In this document: piece after piece, positions 41,026 through 49,989 of the stretch
Position numbering within the stretch: position 1 is the stretch's first letter
Layout: each line of letters starts with the position of its first letter
NCBI GenBank assembly: GCA_964629685.1
Contig: CAZVTT010000001.1
Coordinates: forward strand, 769,319 to 833,318
Length of the DNA: 64,000 nucleotides
Reading direction: 5' to 3'
Origin: an uncultured Gammaproteobacteria bacterium
GTDB taxonomy: Bacteria > Patescibacteriota > Microgenomatia > UBA10105 > UBA927
Position numbers and translations under genes: made by a program
Notes under the pieces: generated by a model
Told to the model about the DNA's origin: nothing
The model's database searches: none
The model's input: the letters and a program-made list of their open reading frames with translations, nothing else

Positions 41026-41897
41026 AAAACATAGTACAGAAATCTATATTTAATACGAAGTATGAAGAACACAAGGGAGATATAAGCGAACTTCTGGTTG
41101 ATCTGCATCTCAGGCGAAAATCAGGATTAAGCTGGTATCCACGTGCTTTATATGAGCAAACATTTACGGAAAATGAATCTTCCTTAGCGGTAACTCCCAG
41201 AAGTTCCGTTCTCGATGTCGGCTGCGGCGTGGGAGCATCGGCTATTAGTTTTGTACTATCAGGTGCTGAAGTTGTGGGAATAGATTTTTCCGCAGCAGGA
41301 ATTAAACGTGCCAGAAATATATTTAACGCGGCAGGTGAAAAAAAGATCAGTTTTAAACAGGCTGATTTTTTTGCTCTGCATAAAAACAGGAAAAGATATG
41401 ATGTCATTAGTCTGCAAACGTTTATGGAACATATGGAAGATATGGGTCAAGCCGGTCGCGTGTTGAGAACTGCTAAAATTTTACTAAAGCCCGGTGGTAA
41501 AATTTTTATTTATACGGTGAATAAGCATTTTATATACAGGTCTCTGGCGAAAATATTTAAACCGGACTATTTACGGAAACAACTGGAAGCCATGGGACAT
41601 CACGACCAGCTATTTTATGATGAAAAAGATTTCAGAACATTGTTTGCTCAGGTGGGTTTAAAAACGGTCAAAGTTTCGTTCGTATTCGGACCGGTATCAT
41701 TTCTGTATGATTTATATCTTTATCCGAAAATTCTCTCGTGGTATCTCAGTAGCAGGGAATCGAATACTATTCCCACATGGGCGGGAGTATATGACCATGT
41801 AATACTTCCCGTGCTTAGAATATTTTCGGTACTGGATATGCCGTTCATCCGAGCCGGCAACAGTAGCGGAATTATCGCTATTGCGGTAAAATTATGA
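41022..41897 (+). CDS. class I SAM methyltransferase (UbiG-like)
   Basis: VLDVGCGVG, GIDFS, FMEHM, LLKPGG. Confidence 0.88.
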   Translation: MKNIVQKSIFNTKYEEHKGDISELLVDLHLRRKSGLSWYPRALYEQTFTENESSLAVTPRSSVLDVGCGVGASAISFVLSGAEVVGIDFSAAGIKRARNIFNAAGEKKISFKQADFFALHKNRKRYDVISLQTFMEHMEDMGQAGRVLRTAKILLKPGGKIFIYTVNKHFIYRSLAKIFKPDYLRKQLEAMGHHDQLFYDEKDFRTLFAQVGLKTVKVSFVFGPVSFLYDLYLYPKILSWYLSSRESNTIPTWAGVYDHVILPVLRIFSVLDMPFIRAGNSSGIIAIAVKL

Positions 41898-44800
41898 GGC
41901 TGTCCACCCGCTTCATGAAACGAACAACATTCTTGGCTTTACTTCTATTTATTCTCGTTTCCGCCTGTTTCTTCCGAACCGTTTTGTTTACTCGCGGTAT
42001 GATTGCCAGGACTTGGGACTGGGGTATTCCGGCTACCGGTACGCAGTACGAAAAGGTACTTTCTTCACAGTTTTTTGTTTGGGACGATCGAATATACGGG
42101 GGTTTAAAATCCACATTTAAAAATGAGCTGCCGTTCTGGTTGCTTTTTTCCCCGCTGTCACCATTTGGAGGAGAAGTAGTCTCTAAAGTTATCCCCTTAC
42201 TACTCATCATACTAGCAGGATTTTCCATGTTCCTACTCGGTACAAAAACATTTCGTTCAAATTGGTTTACCGCGTTTATCGCCGGAATGTTCTATGCATA
42301 TTCACCTTTTGCGTATAGCCGGATTATTGCCGGGCATGTAACCATGCTGTTGGGCTATGCGCTTCTGCCTTTACTGTTAGGATTCAGCATTACTTTTTTT
42401 TCCTACCCAAAACGTTCCACGATACATATGTTGGGGATTTTTTCCGCACTTTTAATTATAGCTACGCTTGTTTCGGTTCACTTAAATATGGCAATTCTCG
42501 GAATCGGAATAGTATTTCTGGGCTGCATTTATACGATTACGGAATACCGAAGTCGTATACTGTCTCTTCTAACAAAGCTCGTTTTTTTCGGAATCGGATT
42601 TGTGTTGTTAAATGCGTTCTGGATTGTACCCGTTGTGACTTCGTATATATATGAGCGGGGTATTTATTTACGACCGAATGAAACGGTAACCGAAGAAGCA
42701 GCCAGGCGCGTAAGTTATATTTCTTCTCAGAGTCAATCGCTATTGGGTGTTATTTCCTATGACCTACCGTTTGGTTTAAGCACCGAGTTCGTGTACCCCA
42801 ATTCCGGTGTCGGGAAAGTTTTCCTCTCACTGGCGGCTATTCTGCTTTTTGGGTGCCTGCTTATTTCTTCCGGCATCATGAAGCGGGCCAAAATGCTCAT
42901 ATTTTATGCATTTTTTCTCATAAGTCTACTACTTACTACCGGCAACACTCTTATCCCCGGGGAGGTGCTGTACGGAGTGCTGCTACGGTTTGTACCGTTT
43001 ATTTTTGCCGGGTTTTCAAATCCCCTCCGATTTTTACCGTACGTATTCCTTTCTGCCGGCGTTATTCTAATCTTCTGCATTAAACATCTGGAAGTACGCT
43101 TTGTGCGGTATCTTTTCGTAGTTAGATTTTTACTCGTATTTTGGTTGATATTGCTTATTCAACCGTGGTTAGGTTCTGCCTTTATACGTCCGATTGTTCC
43201 CGGTGATTCGCAACCTCTTTCATTAATTATTGCGCCGGTTCATGGTGATAGCGAAAAAATAGAGCGGTTGTTGTCGGAACAGGAGAGTACGAATCGATTC
43301 GTGGTATTTCCTCCCTCGTTTCTGTCCTGGCCGGGACAAACTGATCAAATTTTTCCTTGGGCTGCAGGTTATTATCCGAAGCCCGTTATGTTTCAGTACC
43401 TGCAGGAGCCTTTGGCAACTGCGTTGTATCAACAGTTATACACAAGAGCGACGAGTGTATACCTGGCGCGCTTGCTTGGGTTAGGGAATGTGGAAACCAT
43501 AGTATACCCCTATTATGATTCCTTCGAATCGTATTATACATTTCGACCGGGAATTAAAAACTATAAACCTTTATTCGATGCCAATTTGTCAGTTCAACGC
43601 AATATAACGGAATTCCCTACTACGGCCACTCATACCCGAGTTTGGAAAAATGAAGATGTCTTGCCCAAGATATATGCTTCCGAATTTACTACGGTAATTA
43701 ATACGAATGAAGCACTTGTAGATGCGGTTTCACTGCCGGGTTATATTCAACGGTCATTAATACGAACTGAATCTGGTGAGGAAACAATACTCCCGTATAA
43801 CCGTTTGATTTTGAAACCTCAGATGGTAACACCACCCAAAGAAAATGCGGAGTTGGATGCCTTGGTTTCACCGCCGGTCAGATTTCTGCCAACGTCGCCG
43901 TTTTATTGGATAGTAAAACGCAGCGAATCGCGAATTTATTCTGTTTCGTCGGATCCCCAAGTCCGTGAAGCACTAACGTTGGCGGGTAAACGTCTGGCAG
44001 AAATACGCATGATGTTGGCCAGACAGCCATATCCTTATCTGGAAGTAAAAGAAAACATTCTTGAATATGAACGGATTGTACGGCTGGTAGCTGTATATAT
44101 TGACGCAAACGGCATTTTATCTGAGCAGACAGCGTTTGATATACGGTACGTTTTCGATCATCACTATCGGGATATTCAACAAATTTCCGCAGCCAAAGAG
44201 TTTGATGGGTTTGCGTCTGAGCTCAATAGTACGCTATCGTTGCTTTTTGACTTACTTCAACAGGTAGAAAAAAACATTGTATCGCGTTCGGATCCGAATG
44301 TCCTATATTTTTCCCTGGATAACTCCAACGCCGGTGAATATGAAATGTGGCTTCCGGACGAACATTCTCTACCCGAGTCCGTGACGATTAATGATGATTT
44401 CCTTGATATAACGAAAATACAGCATAAGGAAGAATGGGTGTCGTTAGGAAAAATAAACATGCCAAAGGGAAAAATAAGAATGGAAATGAAGTATAAACCC
44501 CAACAGAACCTGTGGGCTGGTTTTACTAACCAATTCATTACAGACCAGACCATTGGGGGAGATTTGGTGGAAGTGTTAAAAGGGCAACCGAGGTATATGT
44601 CTTACCTGAAAGAAATTTCCGGGATTATACCAAATCGTTTATACCGATTGTCGTTTTCATATAAGGTTTCGGATAGTCCTGCCAGATTAACGATTGGACC
44701 GATACTGGGACAAAACAGTACTCATGTGGAAAATACATCTTACTATGAAAAGATACTCGTTCCTGAAAATAACTGGCGGGAATCTCATCTGAATTTTTAT

Positions 44801-45403
44801 TCTGCCGTTTCCACGACAGCGGCAGTGGTGAAGCTTGATACGAATCCGACAGAATATAATATTGAACACTATAAATTAAAGGACATGAATTTTTCGGAAG
44901 TACCGGAAGCCCGCCCTGTCTTCGTAAGAACAGAAAATATACCGGCAATTACGATTCCTACCATCCATTTCCAAAAGGTAAATCCGGCACGTTATCGGGT
45001 ATTAGTATCAGGTGCCGTGGAACCGTTTACGTTGGTTTTTGGAGAATCTTTCCATTCCGGTTGGCAGATTTCCAGACGTAAGACTACTGAAATGTCATCA
45101 GGTTCAAAAGGTTTAACGTATTTTAACGGTCAAGTTACGGAGGAAGTCCCGAACTATTCGTTTATGGATTTGAATTTTTTATCAGGAGAAAGATATGAAA
45201 AATTACCGTATCCATTAAAACATTTTATGGTAAATGGCTATGCGAACGCATGGCTTTTGGACCAAAGCGGATCGTATGAATTGGAGTTGGAATTTGTACC
45301 GCAGCGATATATGTATGCCGGGTTATTTATAGCGGGATTAAGTTGGGCTATTTGTCTCACCCTCGGACTTATTTGGTTAATAAAAAGGCAGCAACATGAA
45401 TAA
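41894..45403 (+). CDS. 1169-aa GT-C-like membrane protein (AftD-like N-terminus) with DUF5667-like and beta-sandwich extracellular domains
   Basis: TWDWGIP, YSPFAYSRIIAGH, NAFWIVP, FSNPLRF (paralogous to 32634); C-terminal FGESFHSGW...HFMVNGYANAW plus TM. Confidence 0.68.
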   Translation: MRLSTRFMKRTTFLALLLFILVSACFFRTVLFTRGMIARTWDWGIPATGTQYEKVLSSQFFVWDDRIYGGLKSTFKNELPFWLLFSPLSPFGGEVVSKVIPLLLIILAGFSMFLLGTKTFRSNWFTAFIAGMFYAYSPFAYSRIIAGHVTMLLGYALLPLLLGFSITFFSYPKRSTIHMLGIFSALLIIATLVSVHLNMAILGIGIVFLGCIYTITEYRSRILSLLTKLVFFGIGFVLLNAFWIVPVVTSYIYERGIYLRPNETVTEEAARRVSYISSQSQSLLGVISYDLPFGLSTEFVYPNSGVGKVFLSLAAILLFGCLLISSGIMKRAKMLIFYAFFLISLLLTTGNTLIPGEVLYGVLLRFVPFIFAGFSNPLRFLPYVFLSAGVILIFCIKHLEVRFVRYLFVVRFLLVFWLILLIQPWLGSAFIRPIVPGDSQPLSLIIAPVHGDSEKIERLLSEQESTNRFVVFPPSFLSWPGQTDQIFPWAAGYYPKPVMFQYLQEPLATALYQQLYTRATSVYLARLLGLGNVETIVYPYYDSFESYYTFRPGIKNYKPLFDANLSVQRNITEFPTTATHTRVWKNEDVLPKIYASEFTTVINTNEALVDAVSLPGYIQRSLIRTESGEETILPYNRLILKPQMVTPPKENAELDALVSPPVRFLPTSPFYWIVKRSESRIYSVSSDPQVREALTLAGKRLAEIRMMLARQPYPYLEVKENILEYERIVRLVAVYIDANGILSEQTAFDIRYVFDHHYRDIQQISAAKEFDGFASELNSTLSLLFDLLQQVEKNIVSRSDPNVLYFSLDNSNAGEYEMWLPDEHSLPESVTINDDFLDITKIQHKEEWVSLGKINMPKGKIRMEMKYKPQQNLWAGFTNQFITDQTIGGDLVEVLKGQPRYMSYLKEISGIIPNRLYRLSFSYKVSDSPARLTIGPILGQNSTHVENTSYYEKILVPENNWRESHLNFYSAVSTTAAVVKLDTNPTEYNIEHYKLKDMNFSEVPEARPVFVRTENIPAITIPTIHFQKVNPARYRVLVSGAVEPFTLVFGESFHSGWQISRRKTTEMSSGSKGLTYFNGQVTEEVPNYSFMDLNFLSGERYEKLPYPLKHFMVNGYANAWLLDQSGSYELELEFVPQRYMYAGLFIAGLSWAICLTLGLIWLIKRQQHE

Positions 45404-45734
45404 GTATTTACCAAATATGCAGATAAATTGGATCGGGGATTTGCCCAAAATACTGGTGTACGTAGTTTTAGTTTTCTGCGTAGTGATGGTAAAACAATTG
45501 CCGTACTTCAACGTGTATTTACCACTATCTTATTGTCTGATTCTTTTATGGGTAGCCGGTATTTGGATGTTTAGACCAAAACAATGGGTAACGCTGACCA
45601 TAAGCTTGTTATTCTTTATTGTAGGCGCTGTAGTACATGTTACCGGTGATACCTCCGTAGCGGGTGAGTTTGTAACGGCTGGCTATTATATTTGCTTTAT
45701 CCTATTTTTCCGGAATTTGCGGGTTACGTTATGA
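45396..45734 (+). CDS. small multi-TM hypothetical protein
   Basis: 112 aa, about 4 hydrophobic segments, LPYFN motif, overlaps both neighbours. Confidence 0.7.
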   Translation: MNKYLPNMQINWIGDLPKILVYVVLVFCVVMVKQLPYFNVYLPLSYCLILLWVAGIWMFRPKQWVTLTISLLFFIVGAVVHVTGDTSVAGEFVTAGYYICFILFFRNLRVTL

Positions 45735-47782
45735 AACGTATATTTGGGTCTGGTATCGTGAATCTACTTGTCAGTCTACTGCTTGTTTGTTTCGTTTATC
45801 GCGGATGGTTTACCGGTTCACTGGTTTTCGGTGGTGATCATTTTTTCCCTCCATATAGCTCAATGGTATCGGGGTTAGCTGACAGGCCATACGCGTGGGA
45901 TCCTTTTAAGGGAAATGGTTTAGGCGGGGTGAATCTTGGCACATTATGGATAGATACTTATGCGCAGGTGGTACCGAATTTGCTTCAGAGGGTCGGTATT
46001 CCTCCTGCTATGACGCAAAAAGTAGTATTTACGTGGTTGTTTTTAGTTCTGGGATTTGTAAGTATTTCGTTCTTTTCCCGAGTACTATTTGGCCTTTCCG
46101 GATTAACTGGTTGGTATAGCGGAGTATTGTATCTTACCAATACTTATATTCTCATGGTTATGAGCGGTGGGCAATTCGGAATCGGTATGGCGTATGCCAT
46201 TGCGCCCCTCGTGTTAGGTCTGACAGTTCTGTGTCTGCGGGGTACACCTGCGGTTTCTCCTCCGAAATTATCATATTTGTTGGGATTTGTGATTTCGATT
46301 CAGATTTTTTTCGACTTGCGGTTAACGTATATTACTCTGTGGATGGTTTTGGGAGCTTGTATCGCGTATATAATTCTTTCGCGCCCGGAGACCCGTATGC
46401 AGCAGCTTCTAAAAGTGGCAGTACGAATAGGTGTCCTCCCGGCAGTAGTAGCAGTCTTGCCTCACATGTTTTGGTTACTCCCGTTACTCGTTTATCGGGT
46501 AAATCCGGTGGAACAACTGGGTGCCGCATATACGAGTATCTCCGCCGTCAGATTCTTTAGTTTTGCCGATTATTCGCATGCCTTTACCTGGTTACATCCG
46601 AATTGGCCGGAGAACATATTCGGAAAAACATATTTCCTGCAGCCGGAATTCTTGATAGTTCCTATAGTGGTTTTTTCCGCGCTGTGGGTTATACCTAAAG
46701 TTGCAAATTTAGAACATTGGGTTACATTCCGAATTAGGTTACTGATGCTGTTGGCACTTATCGGAATATTTTTATCGAAAGGAACGCAAGAGCCGTTGGG
46801 ATTTATATATCTTTGGTTATATACATATATTCCGGGTTTCTTTCTGTTCCGTGATCCGACCAAATTCTATCTCGTAACTGCAATTGCTTATTCAGTTTTA
46901 ATCCCAATTTCGCTTGCACTGATATACAGATGGGTTTCTATGAACCCATTTATGAAGACATATGTAAAGTCGCGCTGGGTTGTGCAGGGGGCTTTGCTTG
47001 TCGTAGCTATCGGTTGGCTTGTACTTATAAGACAAAGTATTACAGGAGAAATCCGGGGCACGTTTTATCCCAAACGTATTGCACCTGAATACGGCGTATT
47101 TGCAGAGCATATGCATGCTGACACAGCATTTTATCGAACGCTTTGGTTACCCAGACATCATTTTGCCTCATACTTTGATGTAAGTCATCCGGTGGTGGAT
47201 GCGGACCTCCTCATTCCCGGAGCTGGAATATATGACACAATAGAGTATCTGCAACTAGCTTCTGCATATACAAAATTATCTGACATTGGAGTACGGTATA
47301 TTGTAGTTCCGTATGATACGGAACAGAACATTTTCACCATAGACCGGAAATACGATCACGCTCAATATACGGCGGCAGTAGAAACGCTGAGTACGATTCC
47401 CTGGCTTACAAAAGTTAACGGTTACGGATCTTTGGGAGTTTTTGAGCTCAAACGATATCTGCCCAAGTTTTCCTTAACACGTGCTCCGGAATTAAGGGAC
47501 GTTGCGTATACTATGCATGAACCTACGAGGTTTACTGTTGAGTTGCCCGCTGGAAGTAGTCTCTTACGGTTTAATGAGAGGTATGCACCCGGCTGGGTAT
47601 TACGGACGGGTTCACGGAAAGTAACGGCAGTTGCGGACGGAGACGGAATGATGGAGTTTCCTGTAGCTGGTTTACGTGATTCGGTAGAAATTTATTTTGA
47701 ACCACAGCAACTGCTCGAGCGATCCGGATTAATTGCAATAGTAATGCTGATTATTTTATCCGTTGGAGTACTATTTTTTTAG
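45731..47782 (+). CDS. GT-C-like membrane protein (AftD/YfhO-related)
   Basis: GGDH loop, NTYILMVMSGGQ, HMFWLLP, LHPNWPEN, FRDPTKF, YRTLWLP, ERYAPGW plus terminal TM; ATGA start. Confidence 0.68.
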   Translation: MKRIFGSGIVNLLVSLLLVCFVYRGWFTGSLVFGGDHFFPPYSSMVSGLADRPYAWDPFKGNGLGGVNLGTLWIDTYAQVVPNLLQRVGIPPAMTQKVVFTWLFLVLGFVSISFFSRVLFGLSGLTGWYSGVLYLTNTYILMVMSGGQFGIGMAYAIAPLVLGLTVLCLRGTPAVSPPKLSYLLGFVISIQIFFDLRLTYITLWMVLGACIAYIILSRPETRMQQLLKVAVRIGVLPAVVAVLPHMFWLLPLLVYRVNPVEQLGAAYTSISAVRFFSFADYSHAFTWLHPNWPENIFGKTYFLQPEFLIVPIVVFSALWVIPKVANLEHWVTFRIRLLMLLALIGIFLSKGTQEPLGFIYLWLYTYIPGFFLFRDPTKFYLVTAIAYSVLIPISLALIYRWVSMNPFMKTYVKSRWVVQGALLVVAIGWLVLIRQSITGEIRGTFYPKRIAPEYGVFAEHMHADTAFYRTLWLPRHHFASYFDVSHPVVDADLLIPGAGIYDTIEYLQLASAYTKLSDIGVRYIVVPYDTEQNIFTIDRKYDHAQYTAAVETLSTIPWLTKVNGYGSLGVFELKRYLPKFSLTRAPELRDVAYTMHEPTRFTVELPAGSSLLRFNERYAPGWVLRTGSRKVTAVADGDGMMEFPVAGLRDSVEIYFEPQQLLERSGLIAIVMLIILSVGVLFF

Positions 47783-47784
47783 TA

Positions 47785-47793
47785 TGTTACAAT
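47785..47793 (+). promoter_or_regulatory. extended -10 element, likely leaderless uxs transcript
   Basis: TGTTACAAT followed by 7 nt then ATG 47801; no SD. Confidence 0.5.
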
Positions 47794-47800
47794 AAAATCC

Positions 47801-48751
47801 ATGTCAAAAACTAAAATAAGTATTGTCGCCGGAGGAGCAGGATTTATTGGATCACATCTCTGTGATGCGCTGTTAGCTGCCGGTCATGAGGTATACGCGG
47901 TAGATAATCTGGCAACCGGAAACAGACAAAATAACGCTGCAGCTGTAAAAAATTCCGCATTTCATTTTTTAGAGCATGATGTTACGCAGCCTGTGCCATT
48001 AACAGTTAGACCGGATTATATTTTTCATCTGGCTTCTCCCGCCTCCGTGCCCGATTACCAGCGGCTTATGGAGGAGACAGCGCTCGTAAATGCGTTGGGA
48101 ACAAGGCTGTTACTCCAATTTGCACATGCGAGCGGAGCACGCTTTCTCTTTGCCTCTACCTCGGAAGTGTACGGTGATCCGAAGGAGCATCCGCAGCGGG
48201 AAACGTACTGGGGAAACGTAAATCCCAACGGTGAAAGGGCTTGTTATGATGAGTCAAAGCGGTACGGTGAAATGATGACGGAGTTATATGTGCGTAAACA
48301 TAATGTAGATGCCAGAATTGTACGGATTTTTAATACCTACGGGCCACGAATGCGCAAAACTGACGGAAGAGTAGTGTCCAACTTTATTAACCAAGCTTTA
48401 CGAAATGAACCATTTACGATCTACGGAGACGGGACGCAAACGCGTTCGTTCTGTTTTGTTTCCGATTTAGTTAACGGATTACTCAAATTGATGTTTACCG
48501 AAAACATTCAGGGTGAAGTCGTAAATTTGGGAAACCCGGAAGAGTTTCAGATGTTGGACTTTGCTAAAAAAATTGCCGGAATAACCGGACAAACACCAAA
48601 ATTTGTGTTTAAACCACTACCCGTAGATGATCCGACGCAGCGAAAGCCGGATATTCAGAAAGCAAAATCTCTTTTGGAATGGGTGCCAACAGTGTCAATT
48701 GATGCGGGGTTACGCCAGACAGTTGAATATTATAAATCGGCTACATACTAA
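47801..48751 (+). CDS. uxs: UDP-glucuronate decarboxylase (UDP-xylose synthase)
   Basis: GGAGFIGSHL, HLASPAS, ASTSEVYGDP..HPQ.E.YWGNVNP..RACYDESKR, RIFNTYGPRM, DDP.QRKPDI. Confidence 0.92.
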   Translation: MSKTKISIVAGGAGFIGSHLCDALLAAGHEVYAVDNLATGNRQNNAAAVKNSAFHFLEHDVTQPVPLTVRPDYIFHLASPASVPDYQRLMEETALVNALGTRLLLQFAHASGARFLFASTSEVYGDPKEHPQRETYWGNVNPNGERACYDESKRYGEMMTELYVRKHNVDARIVRIFNTYGPRMRKTDGRVVSNFINQALRNEPFTIYGDGTQTRSFCFVSDLVNGLLKLMFTENIQGEVVNLGNPEEFQMLDFAKKIAGITGQTPKFVFKPLPVDDPTQRKPDIQKAKSLLEWVPTVSIDAGLRQTVEYYKSATY

Positions 48752-48757
48752 GGTTTT

Positions 48758-49003
48758 ATGAAACCACAGGATTTACTATTCATCGTATCCCTTTTTTTAA
48801 TTCTTAGGTTCAGCAAGGAACAGTTTATTCCTGCCATTGCACTTATATGTATCGTTATGGCAATACCGCTGTATGCCACATGGACTTTTTTTACGGCGGA
48901 ACGACTGATATGGTATGCTGCGTTTCTTATAACGTGTTACCTAATACGTGAAGTTTGGATACAAGGTACTGTAGTTAAACATTCTTGGAGGAAAAGCGCA
49001 TGA
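48758..49003 (+). CDS. small 3-TM hypothetical protein
   Basis: 81 aa hydrophobic ORF (MKPQD...FFTAERLIWYA) filling the gap between uxs and the epimerase; ATGA overlap downstream. Confidence 0.7.
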   Translation: MKPQDLLFIVSLFLILRFSKEQFIPAIALICIVMAIPLYATWTFFTAERLIWYAAFLITCYLIREVWIQGTVVKHSWRKSA

Positions 49004-49989
49004 ATATACTGGTAACTGGCGGGGCTGGGTATATCGGTTCTATTACAAACAGGGTACTTACTGATGCCGGTCATAAAACCATCGTTTTTGACAATTTGTC
49101 TTCCGGTTATGCGGAAACCGTTCCGGCGAATCTAATAGTGGGAGATCTCCGGAACAAGCAGGATATACATAAAGTATTCTCGGATAATCATATAGACATT
49201 GTCGTACACTTTGCCGCTAAGGCGTTGGCGGGGGAGTCGATGAAGAATCCGTATGAATATTACGAAAATAACGTTCTGGGAGGATTAAATTTAGTCGAAG
49301 TCATGCGGGAGCATAATTGTAAGCAGATAATTTTTTCATCAACCTGTGCAGTATACGGATACCCGGATACTCTTCCGGTAACGGAAGAAGAGAAAATTAA
49401 TCCGGAAAGTGTTTACGGTTCATCCAAGCGGATGTTTGAAGAAGTGCTGGAGTGGTATGAAACGGTATACGGAATCAGACATGTAATTCTCCGGTATTTT
49501 AATGCCGCAGGGGCAGCTCTGGATGGTTCGTTAGGCGAACGTCACGTACCCGAAACGCACATTATTCCGATTGCTTTAGATGTAGCTTCAGGAAAAAAAC
49601 CGGCATTTTCCGTGTTCGGAAACGATTACGATACCGCGGACGGAACTTGTGTGCGGGACTATATTCACGTATTGGATTTGGCAATCGCCCATAAACAGGC
49701 TGCCGAGTATTTGGATAATAAAGAACACGGATCCGTGGTAGTGAACTTAGGTGCCGGTAAAGGATATAGTAATCTTGAAATATTGGACACAATTGAGCAG
49801 GTTACAGGCAAAAAAGTGAATAGAAAAATTGAACCGAGGCGCCCTGGTGATCCCGCATGTATATATGCTCGCACGGATAAAGCTAAAAGAGTATTGGGGT
49901 GGACACCTCAGTATTCAGATATAAAGACTATTATCGAATCCGCCTGGAAGTGGCACATTACTTTAGAGCAAGCCGGACCAACCGTTTAA
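49000..49989 (+). CDS. galE: UDP-sugar 4-epimerase, GalE family (possibly UDP-xylose 4-epimerase)
   Basis: TGGAGYIGS, HFAA..GES, SSTCAVYG, YGSSK, LRYFNAAGA, DGTCVRDYIHV, RRPGDP. Confidence 0.88.
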   Translation: MNILVTGGAGYIGSITNRVLTDAGHKTIVFDNLSSGYAETVPANLIVGDLRNKQDIHKVFSDNHIDIVVHFAAKALAGESMKNPYEYYENNVLGGLNLVEVMREHNCKQIIFSSTCAVYGYPDTLPVTEEEKINPESVYGSSKRMFEEVLEWYETVYGIRHVILRYFNAAGAALDGSLGERHVPETHIIPIALDVASGKKPAFSVFGNDYDTADGTCVRDYIHVLDLAIAHKQAAEYLDNKEHGSVVVNLGAGKGYSNLEILDTIEQVTGKKVNRKIEPRRPGDPACIYARTDKAKRVLGWTPQYSDIKTIIESAWKWHITLEQAGPTV

